A stretch of DNA of 64,000 nucleotides from Obrimoposthia wandeli. Its lineage: Eukaryota. Both the position numbers and the translations under genes were made by a program. Location of the stretch: positions 310,001-374,000 of the forward strand of contig CDROCS010001101.1 of NCBI GenBank assembly GCA_977020255.1, given 5' to 3'. Positions 17,601 through 30,707 of this stretch are shown here, piece by piece. The stretch's first letter is position 1. Each line of letters starts with the position of its first letter. Under the pieces are notes generated by a model that saw only the letters and a program-made list of their open reading frames with translations, had not been told where the DNA came from and searched no databases.

Positions 17601-18614
17601 TTAATCAATAATATCAAGACTAGCGGATATTTTGCTTACCAACCCGCTTTCAATTTCTTTTACAGCCTGTTCAATTGCAAATTCAAAGGCAACCTGTTCA
17701 GCATTACCATGACTCTTAATTACAATACCCGACAATCCTAACAAAGTTGCACCGTTATACTGGTCGGGTTTCAAACGTCTTAGACTGTTCATTATCAGTG
17801 GTTTGACCAATAATGATAATAATTTAGTGAATATGTTGTTATTTGATACAGATGTTAACTGAGAAATAACCAAATCAACAACACCTTCACTTGTCTTAAG
17901 TGCGACATTGCCTGTAAAACCATCGCAGACAATGACATCCGCTTTACCTGAGAAAATATCGTTCCCTTCAATGAAACCAATATAGTTTAGATTTTGATTT
18001 TCAGAAAGTAATTGAGCGGCATGTTTAACTAAGTCATTACCTTTAATATCTTCTTGGCCGACATTAAGTAACGCAACGCGAGGATTAGGAATATTACCGA
18101 CGTGCTCAGCAAGCGCAGACCCCATTAATGCAAATTGCAATAATGCATCAGCATCACAACTGACATTAACACCCAAATCAAGCATATAAACAGGCTGCTT
18201 AGTCATAGAGGGCAGTGCAGAAACAAGCGCAGGTCGATCTACAAACGGCAGTACTTTAAGTAAATATCGAGAAAGCACCATCAGTGCGCCGGTGTTACCC
18301 GCACTGACACAAGCTTGCGCTTTGCCTTCACGGACAAGGTTCAATGCCATACGCATAGAGGATTGCTTAAAATTACGCAGCGCTAATGCTGGAGCAAGAT
18401 CCATGGGTATATCATCGAGACTAGGGATAATTATAAAACGAGATTTAATAGACGTAGAGGTATTCTGCAATAATGAAATTATTTCAGTTTCGTTACCGAC
18501 AAGGTATATAGAAAGGTTCTTATACTTTTTCAGTATATTGATTGCGGCGGGGATAGTGACATGGGGACCGAAATCGCCCCCCATGGCATCTAACGCAATG
18601 GTTAGATTAGGCAA
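17601..18614 (-). CDS. plsX: Phosphate acyltransferase PlsX (TTG start)
   Basis: IALDAMGGDFGP, SAGNTGAL, VIVCDGFTGNVALKTSEG, YNGATLLGL, VIKSHG. Confidence 0.96.
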   Translation of the reverse strand: MPNLTIALDAMGGDFGPHVTIPAAINILKKYKNLSIYLVGNETEIISLLQNTSTSIKSRFIIIPSLDDIPMDLAPALALRNFKQSSMRMALNLVREGKAQACVSAGNTGALMVLSRYLLKVLPFVDRPALVSALPSMTKQPVYMLDLGVNVSCDADALLQFALMGSALAEHVGNIPNPRVALLNVGQEDIKGNDLVKHAAQLLSENQNLNYIGFIEGNDIFSGKADVIVCDGFTGNVALKTSEGVVDLVISQLTSVSNNNIFTKLLSLLVKPLIMNSLRRLKPDQYNGATLLGLSGIVIKSHGNAEQVAFEFAIEQAVKEIESGLVSKISASLDIID

Positions 18615-18624
18615 AGTAAATAAC

Positions 18625-18795
18625 TTATTTGTTAATTACTTTAACGCCTTTGTAGTAACCATCAGCTGTTACGTTGTGACGTAGGTGAGTTTCACCTGAA
18701 GTCACGTCAACAGTTGTAGCTGCTGCAGTTAGAGCGTCATGTGAACGACGTTGACCGCGGCGAGAGCGAGTTACTTTACTTTTTTGTACAGCCAT
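18625..18795 (-). CDS. rpmF: 50S ribosomal protein L32 (not in ORF track, 56 aa)
   Basis: Hand translation gives [56 protein letters not shown] with a GGAG SD. Confidence 0.96.
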   Translation of the reverse strand: MAVQKSKVTRSRRGQRRSHDALTAAATTVDVTSGETHLRHNVTADGYYKGVKVINK

Positions 18796-18811
18796 TGGCC
18801 TATACTCCTGA

Positions 18812-19333
18812 TTACTTGCGCTTTAATTCAGATAAAGCGGCAAATGGGTTGGGCTGCTCATCAGCAGGCTCGATTTCACCAAAACTCATTTCATTTGGAT
18901 TCACTGAACAATCTTCCACTTCGTGCAAAGCAACAAGCGGTAAATTGATAATCACTTCATCTTCAATCATTGATATTTGATTTATTTCGCCATTTGCATC
19001 CAATTCAATGGGCTCATAAGCATCTGGCAGATCATCGACCTGTGAATCATTTTTCACAGGACTATATCTAAATTCGGTGTCACAAGCTTGCGTAAATATC
19101 CCGCCACAGCGCTGACATTCAAGGTTAACAGTTAGTGATACGCTACCCTGTATCACTATAAGACCTTGATCATCTTTGCTGAACGATATTGATACATCAG
19201 CATCACTTGGTTCACCTGCCGTTGCATCCGTAATACGTTTCAACAGACGGCCTTCAACACAAGTGTTGAAATCCAATCTTTGTTGAGCAGTACGATAAGG
19301 ATCAACAGTTACTGGTAGTTTTACCTTTTTCAT
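18812..19333 (-). CDS. yceD: 23S rRNA accumulation protein YceD (DUF177)
   Basis: [39 protein letters not shown] 19333 is preferred to 19393. Confidence 0.93.
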   Translation of the reverse strand: MKKVKLPVTVDPYRTAQQRLDFNTCVEGRLLKRITDATAGEPSDADVSISFSKDDQGLIVIQGSVSLTVNLECQRCGGIFTQACDTEFRYSPVKNDSQVDDLPDAYEPIELDANGEINQISMIEDEVIINLPLVALHEVEDCSVNPNEMSFGEIEPADEQPNPFAALSELKRK

Positions 19334-19464
19334 AGGTTGCGGATAATATAGATTCATCATGTGAGAGTCAAAAGGAAAATGAAAAAAAATCATATTTCCC
19401 TACAAAAAAAGGTTGGTTGCCGTTAAAATCATCAAATAATTAAATAATTGATGATAGATAAACC

Positions 19465-20052
19465 ATGAAACCTAAACTAATCCTTGCTTCAACATCGCCA
19501 TTTCGTAAACAGATATTAGAAAAACTAAACTGCCCTTTCGATACCTTCAACCCAAAAGTTGATGAAACCGTCAAGCCAAACGAAACCGCTGAAATGTTAG
19601 TATCACGCCTAGCACTAGAAAAAGCTCAATCTGCCAGTCGGGAGTATAGTAACTCAATATCGATCGGATCGGATCAGGTTTGTGTCATTAATAACAAAAT
19701 AATAGGTAAACCCGGTAATTATGAAACAGCTTTTGCACAATTATCTGCCGTTTCTGCACAAAATATAACTTTTTACACAGGGCTTTCTGTTGTAAATCAA
19801 TGCACAGGTCGTACAGATACGCTAGTTGAAAAGTTTATTGTGCACTTTAGAACATTAACGAGCAGTCAAATTCGTTATTATCTTGAAACTGAACAGCCTT
19901 ATAATTGCGCTGGTAGCTTTATGTGTGAGGGACTTGGGATCGCTTTATTTTCCAAATTAGAAGGTAAAGATCCAAATACCTTGATCGGATTACCCTTGAT
20001 TAGTTTAGTGGAAATTCTACAAGAACAAGGTTACGACGTACTTTCAAATTAA
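19465..20052 (+). CDS. yceF: Maf-like nucleoside triphosphate pyrophosphatase YceF
   Basis: LILASTSPFR, VDET, IGSDQV, EQPYNCAGSF, PNTLIGLPL. Confidence 0.93.
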   Translation: MKPKLILASTSPFRKQILEKLNCPFDTFNPKVDETVKPNETAEMLVSRLALEKAQSASREYSNSISIGSDQVCVINNKIIGKPGNYETAFAQLSAVSAQNITFYTGLSVVNQCTGRTDTLVEKFIVHFRTLTSSQIRYYLETEQPYNCAGSFMCEGLGIALFSKLEGKDPNTLIGLPLISLVEILQEQGYDVLSN

Positions 20053-20070
20053 AATAAATAGATATCGAAT

Positions 20071-20107
20071 ACAACAAAGCCAATATCAAGGATACTGGCT
20101 TTGTTGT
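20071..20107. terminator. Bidirectional terminator between convergent yceF and rluC
   Basis: acaacaaagcca...tggctttgttgt inverted repeat. Confidence 0.75.
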
Positions 20108-20145
20108 TTAACTAACGTATAAACACATATTAATGATGTTTATAT

Positions 20146-21099
20146 TTAGCACTTTTTCATTTTTTCTAACGCTCTAACAAGTGCCATATCTAATGGCGCT
20201 TCAACTTCTTGCGTTTCTTCTGTACCAGGGTTAAAGAACTGTAAGCGCGCTGCATGTAAGAACAAGCGCTTCAAGCCTAAGCCGTTCATGTGCTTAGTAA
20301 ACCCTGTATCGCCATATTTATCATCACAAGCAATCGGATGACCGGCATGTAAAGCATGAACACGGATCTGATGCGTACGACCTGTAATAGGACTTGCTTG
20401 CACTAGCGTGCCATGTTCATAACGCTGTATGATGCTGAAACGAGTTTGAGATTCCTTACCTTCGCTGTCAACACGTACAAGTCGTTCACCTGAGCTTACT
20501 GTGTTCTTTAATAGTGGTGCATTTACAATTCGAGAACTGCGTGGCCATGCGCCAGCAACAAGTGCTTGGTAATCTTTTCGCATTGTTTTTAAACGCAGTT
20601 GCTCATGTAATGCTTTTAGCGTGCTACGTTTTTTAGCAACAAGTAAACAACCCGATGTATCACGATCTAGACGGTGTACCAATTCTAAGAACTTACTATC
20701 AGGGCGGATAGCACGTAAGCCTTCGATAAGGCCAAAGCTTAATCCACTACCACCATGTACAGCCATGCCTGATGGCTTATTGATAACGATTAAGTAGTTA
20801 TCTTCATAGATGATTTGCGTTTCTAGTGCGCGCACAGAATCTAAGTTTGCTGATGGTGAAATAGCTTCAGTTTCAGAAACTCGTACTGGTGGAACACGTA
20901 CAATATCATTTGGCTGCAGTTTATACTCAGGCTTGATTCTTCCTTTGTTAACTCTCACCTCACCTTTACGAATGATGCGGTAAATCATACTTTTTGGCAC
21001 ACCTTTTAATTTGGTGCGTAAAAAGTTATCAATGCGTTGGCCTTGATAATCTTCAGTAATAGTCACAAATTCTACTTTAGGTGAAATTTTATCAGTCAT
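20146..21099 (-). CDS. rluC: 23S rRNA pseudouridine synthase C
   Basis: S4 domain (QRIDNFL, IYRIIRKGEVRVN), VHRLDRDTSG, GRTHQIRVH, LFLHA. Confidence 0.96.
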   Translation of the reverse strand: MTDKISPKVEFVTITEDYQGQRIDNFLRTKLKGVPKSMIYRIIRKGEVRVNKGRIKPEYKLQPNDIVRVPPVRVSETEAISPSANLDSVRALETQIIYEDNYLIVINKPSGMAVHGGSGLSFGLIEGLRAIRPDSKFLELVHRLDRDTSGCLLVAKKRSTLKALHEQLRLKTMRKDYQALVAGAWPRSSRIVNAPLLKNTVSSGERLVRVDSEGKESQTRFSIIQRYEHGTLVQASPITGRTHQIRVHALHAGHPIACDDKYGDTGFTKHMNGLGLKRLFLHAARLQFFNPGTEETQEVEAPLDMALVRALEKMKKC

Positions 21100-21499
21100 A
21101 ATTATTTTATTGTCTAACTCAAATGCGTTTAGGTATCAATTTGAAACATATTTCTAAATTGAATGGAAAGTTATCTTGCTATATTAATACAGGCAGTGGG
21201 ATAATACCCTCTGTACTGCTAAAAAAATACAGCCAAGAGTGATAATGGCTTTAGTATATCTGCTATTGATGTAAATAATCATTTATTTATATCAATAAAT
21301 ACAGAATAACCAGGATGTCGTTATTCTTGCTGCGGGTTTTTAGCATACATTTTGTATATAAGGTGTACGTTGATAGGGAGTTTCATTTATCCAGTAGGAT
21401 ACCACCTCCCACTATATCAACTTCTATATAAAACACCTTTCGATTGCAATTATACACGTTAGTTATTGATGGAATCTAATAAGTGCGGAAATAATCGTA

Positions 21500-21640
21500 A
21501 GACACTTAATCACATATTAGAGCATCTGATAGCGCCTTAATTTAAACAGCCGAGAGGTTGATTATCTTACAGACACAAGGCCTGATGTACATCTAACTAA
21601 TTTATCCAAGCATGAAAATTAATTTATAAGAATAAAAAAA
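21500..21640 (+). promoter_or_regulatory. Part of the rne 5' leader (autoregulatory UTR); boundaries uncertain
   Basis: 541-nt rluC-rne intergenic region. cagccgagaggttg (21547-60) resembles the conserved CAGCCGGGAGG element I recall from gammaproteobacterial rne leaders. Confidence 0.4.
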
Positions 21641-24600
21641 ATGAAAAGAATGTTAATTAATGCAACTCAAAAAGAAGAGTTGCGCGTTGCGCTAGTAGAT
21701 GGACAACGCCTTTACGATTTAGATATTGAAAGCCCTGGTCACGAACAAAAGAAAGCTAACATCTACAAAGGTAAAATTACTCGTGTAGAGCCTAGTTTAG
21801 AAGCTGCTTTTGTTGATTATGGTGCAGACCGTCACGGTTTCCTTCCTCTTAAAGAAATCTCTCGCACTTACTTCAAGCCAGGTTCAGGTAAGCAACGCGG
21901 ACGTCCAAGTATCAAGGATGTTGTTGCTGAAGGCACTGAAGTTATTGTACAGATTGAAAAAGAAGAACGTGGCAATAAAGGTGCAGCATTAACGACATTT
22001 GTTAGTTTAGCTGGTAGTTACCTTGTTCTTATGCCAAACAACCCTCGCGCCGGCGGTATTTCTCGTCGCATTGAAGGTGATGAGCGTACTGAATTAAAAT
22101 CTGCTCTTTCTACATTAGAATTACCAGAAGGCATGGGACTGATTGTTCGTACTGCTGGTGTTGGTAAATCGGCTGAAGAACTAGAGTGGGATCTTAAAGT
22201 ACTGTTAAATCATTGGGGAGCAATCCAAGATAGCGCTAAAGACCGTCAAGGTACCTTCTTAATTCATCAAGAAAGTAACGTAATTGCGCGTGCAATACGT
22301 GACTACCTTCGTCGTGATATTGGCGAAATCCTAATTGACCATCCAAAAGCATTTGAAGAAGCAAAAAACCGTATCAAATTAATACGTCCAGATTTTATCG
22401 ACCGTATTAAATTATATCAAGGTGACGTGCCTTTATTCAATCATTACCAAATTGAAACTCAAATCGAATCAGCATTCCAACGCGAAGTTCGCTTACCTTC
22501 AGGTGGTTCAATCGTTATTGACCCAACCGAAGCGTTAACATCAATCGATATTAACTCAGCACGAGCTACACGCGGTGGAGATATTGAAGAGACAGCGCTA
22601 ACGACTAACCTAGAAGCCGCAGATGAAGTTGCACGTCAACTACGTCTTCGTGATCTTGGTGGTCTTGTTGTTATCGACTTTATCGATATGGGTCCAGTTA
22701 AGAACCAACGTGAAGTAGAAAACTGCTTACGCGATGCAGTACGTCAAGATCGAGCTCGTATTCAATTAGGTCGAATCTCTCGATTTGGTTTGATGGAAAT
22801 GTCTCGTCAACGTATCCGCCCTTCTCTTGGTGAATCAAGTACGCATGTTTGCCCACGCTGTGATGGTCAAGGCACTATCCGTGATAATGAATCTTTAGCA
22901 CTTTCTATACTTCGTCTAATCGAAGAAGAATCGCTTAAAGAAAATACCAATCACATTGTAGCCCAAGTACCAGTACCAGTTGCTGCTTACTTACTGAATG
23001 AAAAACGTAATTCAATTCTTCGTTTAGAAAAACGTTATAAAGTTAAAAGCTTCATCATTCCAAATGAGAATCTACAAACACCTCATTTTGAAGTATCTCG
23101 TGTTAAAGCTGATGACGATAACTCAGATTTAGCAAGTACTGATTTAGCACAACCTCGCGAATTCACTCGTTATGAACCGAAAGTAAATACCGAGACAGTT
23201 CAGCCGCTTGTGCAACAAATCAATACAACTGAAGCGAAAACAGCTAGACCAAGTCCAGTTGCTCAAAAGACTGCACCAACTAAAAAACCTCAAGCACCTG
23301 CGCAAGTTAAGTCAGCTAAACCTGCCGTAGATAAAGAGTCAGTATTTAGTCGCCTTGGTAAAGCAATTACAGGATTCTTTAGTAGCGAAGAAAAAGTTGT
23401 CGTTAAAAAAGAAGTTGTTCAAGAAACGCCTAAAAAACCGGTTACGGATAAAACCCCGACTAACCGTAATAATGATGAACCGCGTAAACCACGTAATCGT
23501 CGTAATCGTAAGCCTCGTACACCTGAAAACGTTGAAAGCAAACAACAAAGCGATGCTAAAAAATCGGATGTTGAAATAAAACAACATAATAAGTACGAAG
23601 CAAAACAAAAGACACAGGTTCAAAGTAAACAGGTTGTAGAGCCAGTACAGCCAAAACAAGTAAAAGAAATAAAAGAAGAAAGTACTCCTCAAAATCAAGC
23701 TGTTTTAGCTGAGCGTCGTCAACGTCGTAACATGCGTAAAAAAGTTCGAGTAACGAGTGACGAACAGCAAGTAAAAGTTCAACCAGAGCAAGTTGCTGTA
23801 TCATCAGAGGTTTCAAGCAATACTAATCGTGATGAAAGTACACAACCAGCTAAGCGCACTCGTCGTAGCCCTCGAAATGCTAAAACGAATGATGCTCAAA
23901 AAGTTGAACTTGAACAAGTAGAGACTACAACAGCAGTTAAAACTGAAGTAGCTAAACCTGTTACCGCTGAAGTAACTAAACCTGTTACCGCTGAAGTAAC
24001 TAAACCTGTTACCGCTGAAGTAACTAAACCTGTTACCGCTGAAGCAGCTAAACCTGTTACCGCTGAAGTAACTAAACCTGTTACCGCTGAAGCAGCTAAA
24101 CCTGTTACTGCTGAAGTAACTAAACCTGTTACCGCTGAAGCAGCTAAACCTGTTACCGCTGAAGTAACTAAACCGGTTACCGCAGAAGCAGCTAAACCTG
24201 TTACGGCTAAAGCAACACGACCTGTTACTGCTGAAGCAACTCGACCTGTTACTGCTCAAGTAACTAAACCTGTTATCGCTGAAGTGACTAAACCGGTTAC
24301 AGCTAAAGTAACTAAACCTGTTGCTGTAACGGCTAAAGCAGCTCGACCTGTAATGCACACAGCAGCTGCAGCTAAACCTGCTGCAGTGGTTGAAGATACG
24401 GCGGTAGTCGTAGCTCCTACAGCTAAAGCATCTGCAGAACGCGTCAAGATTGAAACTAAATCTGTAACGCGTCAAATGCATACGGCACCTGCAACACGTC
24501 CAGGCTCTGCTCCGGTTGTTGTTGAAACTCCAGTTGTTGTTGAAACTCCGGTTGTTGCTGAAACTCCAGTTGTTGTTGAAACTCCAGTTGTTGCTGAAAC

Positions 24601-25078
24601 TCCGGTTGTTGTTGAAACTCCAGTTGTTGTTGAAACTCCAGTTGTTGCTGAAGCTCCGGTTGTTGTTGAAACTCCAGTTGTTGCTGAAACTCCAGTTGTT
24701 GCTGAAACTCCGGTTGTTGCTGAAACTCCGGTTGTTGTTGAAACTCCGGTTGTTGTTGAAACTCCGGTTGTTGTTGAAACTCCGGTTGTTGTTGAAACTC
24801 CAGTTGTTGCTGAAACTCCGGTTGTTGTTGAAACGCCTGTAGCTTATAAAGCTATCGACGTAACGCCACTTGCGGCATTACAAGCTGAAGGTACAACATC
24901 TAAGAAAACTAACTTCACAGTTGAAATGGCAAGACCTCAACAGGTTGCACCATCAACAAGTAACTTTGTTGCTAAAGTTGGAGTTGTTCAACGCCCATCG
25001 ATTGATGTTGCGGCTGGACCTGGTGGTAGTCAATTTGCTTCGTCAGCGAGCAAATCACCTACTACATTAGCTAAATAA
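21641..25078 (+). CDS. rne: Ribonuclease E
   Basis: [36 protein letters not shown]. Amphipathic [17 protein letters not shown], Arg-rich segments and a C-terminal PNPase-site-like [13 protein letters not shown]. Confidence 0.98.
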   Translation: MKRMLINATQKEELRVALVDGQRLYDLDIESPGHEQKKANIYKGKITRVEPSLEAAFVDYGADRHGFLPLKEISRTYFKPGSGKQRGRPSIKDVVAEGTEVIVQIEKEERGNKGAALTTFVSLAGSYLVLMPNNPRAGGISRRIEGDERTELKSALSTLELPEGMGLIVRTAGVGKSAEELEWDLKVLLNHWGAIQDSAKDRQGTFLIHQESNVIARAIRDYLRRDIGEILIDHPKAFEEAKNRIKLIRPDFIDRIKLYQGDVPLFNHYQIETQIESAFQREVRLPSGGSIVIDPTEALTSIDINSARATRGGDIEETALTTNLEAADEVARQLRLRDLGGLVVIDFIDMGPVKNQREVENCLRDAVRQDRARIQLGRISRFGLMEMSRQRIRPSLGESSTHVCPRCDGQGTIRDNESLALSILRLIEEESLKENTNHIVAQVPVPVAAYLLNEKRNSILRLEKRYKVKSFIIPNENLQTPHFEVSRVKADDDNSDLASTDLAQPREFTRYEPKVNTETVQPLVQQINTTEAKTARPSPVAQKTAPTKKPQAPAQVKSAKPAVDKESVFSRLGKAITGFFSSEEKVVVKKEVVQETPKKPVTDKTPTNRNNDEPRKPRNRRNRKPRTPENVESKQQSDAKKSDVEIKQHNKYEAKQKTQVQSKQVVEPVQPKQVKEIKEESTPQNQAVLAERRQRRNMRKKVRVTSDEQQVKVQPEQVAVSSEVSSNTNRDESTQPAKRTRRSPRNAKTNDAQKVELEQVETTTAVKTEVAKPVTAEVTKPVTAEVTKPVTAEVTKPVTAEAAKPVTAEVTKPVTAEAAKPVTAEVTKPVTAEAAKPVTAEVTKPVTAEAAKPVTAKATRPVTAEATRPVTAQVTKPVIAEVTKPVTAKVTKPVAVTAKAARPVMHTAAAAKPAAVVEDTAVVVAPTAKASAERVKIETKSVTRQMHTAPATRPGSAPVVVETPVVVETPVVAETPVVVETPVVAETPVVVETPVVVETPVVAEAPVVVETPVVAETPVVAETPVVAETPVVVETPVVVETPVVVETPVVVETPVVAETPVVVETPVAYKAIDVTPLAALQAEGTTSKKTNFTVEMARPQQVAPSTSNFVAKVGVVQRPSIDVAAGPGGSQFASSASKSPTTLAK
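23945..24328 (+). repeat. In-frame 24-nt tandem array in rne, about 16 copies, encoding E(V/A)(T/A)KPVTA
   Basis: Unit gaagtaactaaacctgttaccgct. Units 4-11 alternate EVT/EAA (48-nt higher-order period); the last five units are degenerate. Confidence 0.95.
24512..24835 (+). repeat. In-frame 18-nt tandem array in rne, 18 copies, encoding PVV(V/A)ET
   Basis: Unit cc[ag]gttgttg[tc]tgaaact counted codon by codon. Confidence 0.95.
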
Positions 25079-25112
25079 TAACGACTATTAAATAATAATA
25101 ATTAGCTAAATT

Positions 25113-25139
25113 AAAAGCCGCATAAATTGCGGCTTTTTT
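25113..25139 (+). terminator. rne intrinsic terminator
   Basis: aaaagccgca-taaat-tgcggctttttt. Confidence 0.85.
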
Positions 25140-25249
25140 AGTATTTACTTAAATACTTTTTACTTTCTATTTTTTAAAAAGGATCATGTCAATTCCGCAT
25201 GATCCTTTTATATTTTATTCATTAATGACAACTCGGTAACTTAAAATTT

Positions 25250-26809
25250 ATGTTCGAATTTCCAAAATATTCCATGGCATCAGTTAAAAATGATGTTTTA
25301 TCTGGCTTAACCGTTGCACTCGCACTTGTGCCAGAAGCGGTTGCATTTGCTTTTGTAGCAGGTGTTGAACCTTTAGTAGGCTTGTATGCTGCCTTTATGG
25401 TTGGTTTAATTACCGCTATTTTTGGTGGTCGCCCAGGTATGATCTCTGGCGCAACAGGAGCTATGGCTGTTGTAATGGTGGCGTTAGTTGCTGATAATGG
25501 CGTGCAATACTTATTTGCCGCCGTAGTCCTTGCAGGTCTATTGCAAGTATTAGCTGGTGTATTTAAGCTCGGTAAGTTCATTCGTATCGTGCCACATCCT
25601 GTAATGATGGGTTTTGTTAACGGCCTTGCAATTGTTATTTTCCTCGCTCAGCTTGGTCAATTCAAATTCATTGACACAAATGGTGATCTTGCTTGGTTAC
25701 AAGGATCTCAGCTGTATCTCATGCTTGGTCTAGTTGCGCTTACAATGGCAATCATTCATTTCTTACCTAAGTTCACTAAAGCGATCCCCTCTTCGCTTGT
25801 GGCGATTGTGTCTGTAACATTAATTGTTTATTACATGGGCCTTGATACGCGTACAGTGGTAGATTTTGTTCGCTCAATGACAGGTGATGACAATGCGACA
25901 ATCTCAGGTTCATTACCAACATTCAGTATTCCAAGCGTACCATTTACGCTTGAAACACTTTACATCATCCTACCTTACTCATTAATTCTTGCTGCCGTTG
26001 GTTTGATTGAATCACTACTTACACTAACCGTTATTGATGAAATGACCGGTACACGTGGTAAAGGCAACCAAGAATGTGTTGCACAAGGTGCTTCAAACAT
26101 CGTAAACGGTTTCTTTGGTGCTATGGGTGGTTGTGCAATGATTGGTCAATCAATGATCAACATTAACTCTGGCGGTCGTGGTCGTTTATCAGGTATCACA
26201 GCAGCTATCTCACTGCTCCTATTTATCCTGTTCTTCTCATCACTTATTGAAGTGATTCCACTAGCTGCGCTTGTTGGTGTAATGTTCATGGTTGTGATTG
26301 GTACATTTGAGTGGGCAACATTCCGTGTTATGCGTAAGATCCCGAAAGCAGATACGTTCGTGATTGTACTTGTAACGGTTGTCACTGTGTTTACCGATTT
26401 AGCGGTTGCAGTAATCATCGGTGTTATTGTTTCAGCGCTACGTTTCGCATGGGAACACGCAGCACACATCAATACTGAAACATCAACTGAAGAGTCTGGT
26501 AGTAAAGTATATAAAGTTAACGGTCCATTATTCTTCGGTTCTGTTAGCCATTTCTTAGAGCTATTTGATACAGCGAATGATCCACAAGATGTAATCATTG
26601 ATTTTGCTAACTCACGTGTTTGTGATCACTCTGCAATTGAAGCGATTGATACGCTAGCTGAGCGCTATATTGCTGAAGGTAAAGCATTACACCTTCGTCA
26701 CCTTTCATTAGAGTGTAAGCAATTAATGAAACGTGCTGGAGACTTGATTGAAGTAAATTTAATCGAAGATCCTGAATACCATATCGCATCAGATAAATTA
26801 GGCGGCTAA
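25250..26809 (+). CDS. SulP/SLC26 family anion transporter with C-terminal STAS domain
   Basis: [53 protein letters not shown]. Confidence 0.95.
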   Translation: MFEFPKYSMASVKNDVLSGLTVALALVPEAVAFAFVAGVEPLVGLYAAFMVGLITAIFGGRPGMISGATGAMAVVMVALVADNGVQYLFAAVVLAGLLQVLAGVFKLGKFIRIVPHPVMMGFVNGLAIVIFLAQLGQFKFIDTNGDLAWLQGSQLYLMLGLVALTMAIIHFLPKFTKAIPSSLVAIVSVTLIVYYMGLDTRTVVDFVRSMTGDDNATISGSLPTFSIPSVPFTLETLYIILPYSLILAAVGLIESLLTLTVIDEMTGTRGKGNQECVAQGASNIVNGFFGAMGGCAMIGQSMININSGGRGRLSGITAAISLLLFILFFSSLIEVIPLAALVGVMFMVVIGTFEWATFRVMRKIPKADTFVIVLVTVVTVFTDLAVAVIIGVIVSALRFAWEHAAHINTETSTEESGSKVYKVNGPLFFGSVSHFLELFDTANDPQDVIIDFANSRVCDHSAIEAIDTLAERYIAEGKALHLRHLSLECKQLMKRAGDLIEVNLIEDPEYHIASDKLGG

Positions 26810-26891
26810 TACGCCTCTACCCTACTTCTTTTCATTAAGTTGTAGGGTAGAAAATGTATTCATTGTTATAAAGCTAATTTATAACAGGCAT

Positions 26892-26918
26892 AAAAAAACC
26901 GGCATTAGCCGGTTTTTT
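26892..26918. terminator. Bidirectional terminator between sulP and ihfA
   Basis: aaaaaaaccggc-atta-gccggtttttt. Confidence 0.88.
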
Positions 26919-26934
26919 ATTCTCTGATGAAACG

Positions 26935-27228
26935 TTAATCTTTTACGATTGTTTCTACTTTCGCTTTTAATTTCTGACCTGGTTTAAAAGTCACAACGCG
27001 ACGAGCTGTAATTGGTATATCTTCACCTGTTTTAGGGTTACGACCTGGTCGCTCCCCTTTATCACGTAGGTCAAAATTACCAAAACCAGATATTTTAACT
27101 TGTTCGTTTACTTCTAAAGATAAACGGATCTCTTCAAAGAAAGCTTCTACCATTTCTTTAGATTCACGTTTACTTAGACCAACATCGTTAAATAATGTTT
27201 CTGCAATATCAGCTTTGGTTAGTGCCAT
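26935..27228 (-). CDS. ihfA: Integration host factor alpha subunit
   Basis: [29 protein letters not shown]; directly after pheT. Confidence 0.98.
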   Translation of the reverse strand: MALTKADIAETLFNDVGLSKRESKEMVEAFFEEIRLSLEVNEQVKISGFGNFDLRDKGERPGRNPKTGEDIPITARRVVTFKPGQKLKAKVETIVKD

Positions 27229-27231
27229 AAA

Positions 27232-29619
27232 TTAATCCCTCAAGGATGCATTGAATTCAGATGAAATAGCTTCAACAATATTATTAACTGCTTCAGATAT
27301 CTCTTTTTCTTCCAAGGTGCGTGATATATCTTGTAAGGTTAAGCTGATAGCTAGGCTCTTATGCCCTTCCACAACACCTGTACCTTGGTATACATCAAAC
27401 AAGTTTATGCCAACTAACTGATTATCGCCAACTTTTTTGATTAAGTTCAGCACATCACCCGCATTAACATCGTCTTTAACAATCATAGCGATGTCACGAC
27501 GGTTAGCAGGAAACTTAGATACATCAGCAGCTTGCGGTAATTTACGAGCAGTTAACGTTGCAAGTTCAATCTCCAGAATAATAGTTGAACCATTAAGGCC
27601 TAACTTCTTCTCTAGTGAAGGATGGATTGCACCAATATGACCAACAGAACGTCCAGCATAGAAAATCTCAGCACTTTGACCAGGGTGTAAACCAGGATGA
27701 CTTGCGCGTTTAAGCACGAATTCATCGGTATTACAGGTTTGGTCTAATAATGCATCTAAATCACCTTTAAGGTCGAAATAGTCTACCGCTTTACTTTCTT
27801 GAGCCCAAGATTCAGCATTCGCTGTACCAGCAATAATAGCGCCAAGCATAGGCACTTGCAGTACACCGTTTTCAACTGATTCATCTTTAATAAAAGTCAG
27901 GCCAGTTTCAAATAAACGAATACGTTGTTGTTGACGTTTTTGGTTAGCTACAACAGCCTCAACCAAACCTGTAAACATACTCACACGCATTACAGACATC
28001 TCAATCGAAATTGGGTGCGGTAATGTCAGGTGGTCTGCTTCAGGGTGAAGTAACCATTGACGTTTAGGATCTACAAAGCTATATGTAATTGCTTCTTGGA
28101 ATCCACGGTCAACCATTAGATCACGAATACGACGAACAGGTAATATAGCTTCGTTATGGTCAGTCATCTTCAATGGTGCAACAGGTGCAACATTTGGGAT
28201 GTTATTGTAACCAAATACACGAGCTACTTCTTCAATCAAATCAACTTCAACTTCGATGTCGAAACGGAATGATGGAGAAGTCACAGTCCATGTATCATTT
28301 TCAAACGTAGGTGCTAGACCTAATGTGTTTAAAATGTCAGTTACTTTCGCATCATCAACGTGGAAACCAATTACTTTATCTAATTGATGTCGACGTAAAT
28401 TGATTGGCGCATGTTTTGGTAATGTCGCTTCAGTTGTTACATCAACAACAGGGGCAACTTCACCACCACAAATTTCAACGATTAACTGTGTAGCACGTTC
28501 CATTGCTTGGTACTGCAGTTCAAAATCAACACCACGTTCAAAACGATGTGAAGAGTCTGTATGCAAGCCATATGCACGAGCACGACCAGTAATAGCTAAC
28601 GGGCTAAAGAATGCAGACTCTAATAAGATAGAGTTAGTTGCAGCCGTTACACCTGTTTTTTCGCCACCGAAGATACCAGCCATTGCGATAGCACCAGAGT
28701 CATCAGCAATGACAAGCGTATTATCGTTTAACTTAACTTCGTTGCCGTCAAGCAGCGTTAATTTTTCATCTTGAATAGCAAGACGAACATTAATCGCACC
28801 AGTCAATGTTGCAAGATCAAATGCATGCATTGGTTGACCAAGTTCTAACAATACATAGTTAGTTACGTCAACAACAGGGTCAATTGAGCGTGTACCACAA
28901 CGACGTAGACGTTCTACCATCCATAGCGGTGTTTTCGCTGTCATATCAAGGTTACTGATCACACGACCAAGGTAACGAGGACATTGTTCAGTCGCAGTAA
29001 CAGTAACACTTAGCGTTTCAGCACTTGTTTCTGTTGCGTTAGTCCATTCTGGAGCCGTTACAGCGATGTTGTTTAACACGCCTACTTCACGAGCAATACC
29101 AGCAATGCTTAAGCAATCTGCACGGTTAGGTGTTAGATCAACTTCAATCGTAACATCATCAAGGCCAAGGAATTCACGGATACAAGTACCCGGTACTGCA
29201 TCTGCAGGTAATTCAATGATACCTTCAGCTGATTCAGCCATGCCCATTTCAGATTCAGAACAAAGCATACCAAACGATGGTTGACCACGTAGTTTTGCTT
29301 TTTTGATTTTGAAATCGCCAGGTAATACAGCGCCGACAGTTGCAACAGCAACTTTAAGGCCTGCACGGCAGTTAGATGCGCCGCATACGATGTCGATTAA
29401 CTCTTCAGCACCGATATCGATTTTAGTTACTTGTAATTTATCTGCATCTGGATGCTGACCACATTCAACAACGTGACCGACAACGATACCAGTGAAATCA
29501 CCAGCAACAGCATCAATGCCGTCAACTTCAAGACCAGCCATCGTAATTTGATGCGCTAGTTCTTCATTTGTAAGACCTGGTTTAACCCAAGTTTGTAACC
29601 ATTCATTACTGAATTTCAT
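27232..29619 (-). CDS. pheT: Phenylalanyl-tRNA synthetase beta subunit
   Basis: [51 protein letters not shown]. Confidence 0.98.
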   Translation of the reverse strand: MKFSNEWLQTWVKPGLTNEELAHQITMAGLEVDGIDAVAGDFTGIVVGHVVECGQHPDADKLQVTKIDIGAEELIDIVCGASNCRAGLKVAVATVGAVLPGDFKIKKAKLRGQPSFGMLCSESEMGMAESAEGIIELPADAVPGTCIREFLGLDDVTIEVDLTPNRADCLSIAGIAREVGVLNNIAVTAPEWTNATETSAETLSVTVTATEQCPRYLGRVISNLDMTAKTPLWMVERLRRCGTRSIDPVVDVTNYVLLELGQPMHAFDLATLTGAINVRLAIQDEKLTLLDGNEVKLNDNTLVIADDSGAIAMAGIFGGEKTGVTAATNSILLESAFFSPLAITGRARAYGLHTDSSHRFERGVDFELQYQAMERATQLIVEICGGEVAPVVDVTTEATLPKHAPINLRRHQLDKVIGFHVDDAKVTDILNTLGLAPTFENDTWTVTSPSFRFDIEVEVDLIEEVARVFGYNNIPNVAPVAPLKMTDHNEAILPVRRIRDLMVDRGFQEAITYSFVDPKRQWLLHPEADHLTLPHPISIEMSVMRVSMFTGLVEAVVANQKRQQQRIRLFETGLTFIKDESVENGVLQVPMLGAIIAGTANAESWAQESKAVDYFDLKGDLDALLDQTCNTDEFVLKRASHPGLHPGQSAEIFYAGRSVGHIGAIHPSLEKKLGLNGSTIILEIELATLTARKLPQAADVSKFPANRRDIAMIVKDDVNAGDVLNLIKKVGDNQLVGINLFDVYQGTGVVEGHKSLAISLTLQDISRTLEEKEISEAVNNIVEAISSEFNASLRD

Positions 29620-29633
29620 TATAGTGTCCTATC

Positions 29634-30677
<1,044 letters not shown>

Positions 30678-30707
30678 TTACTCAAAATTAAGCTGAAGCG
30701 CTAGTCC

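Noticed and set aside
23945-24835. rne tandem arrays as a CRISPR array
   Set aside because: The repeats are contiguous with no unique spacers, are in frame within RNase E, and no cas genes are present
23813-24842. Track ORFs 23813..24481(-), 24256..24447(-) and the poly-Leu/Lys ORF 24516..24842(+)
   Set aside because: Shadow frames kept open by the stop-free repeat units of rne
26817-26850. GTAG-family REP element
   Set aside because: Only a 9-bp arm (gtagggtag), single copy in the window, and no RAYT transposase
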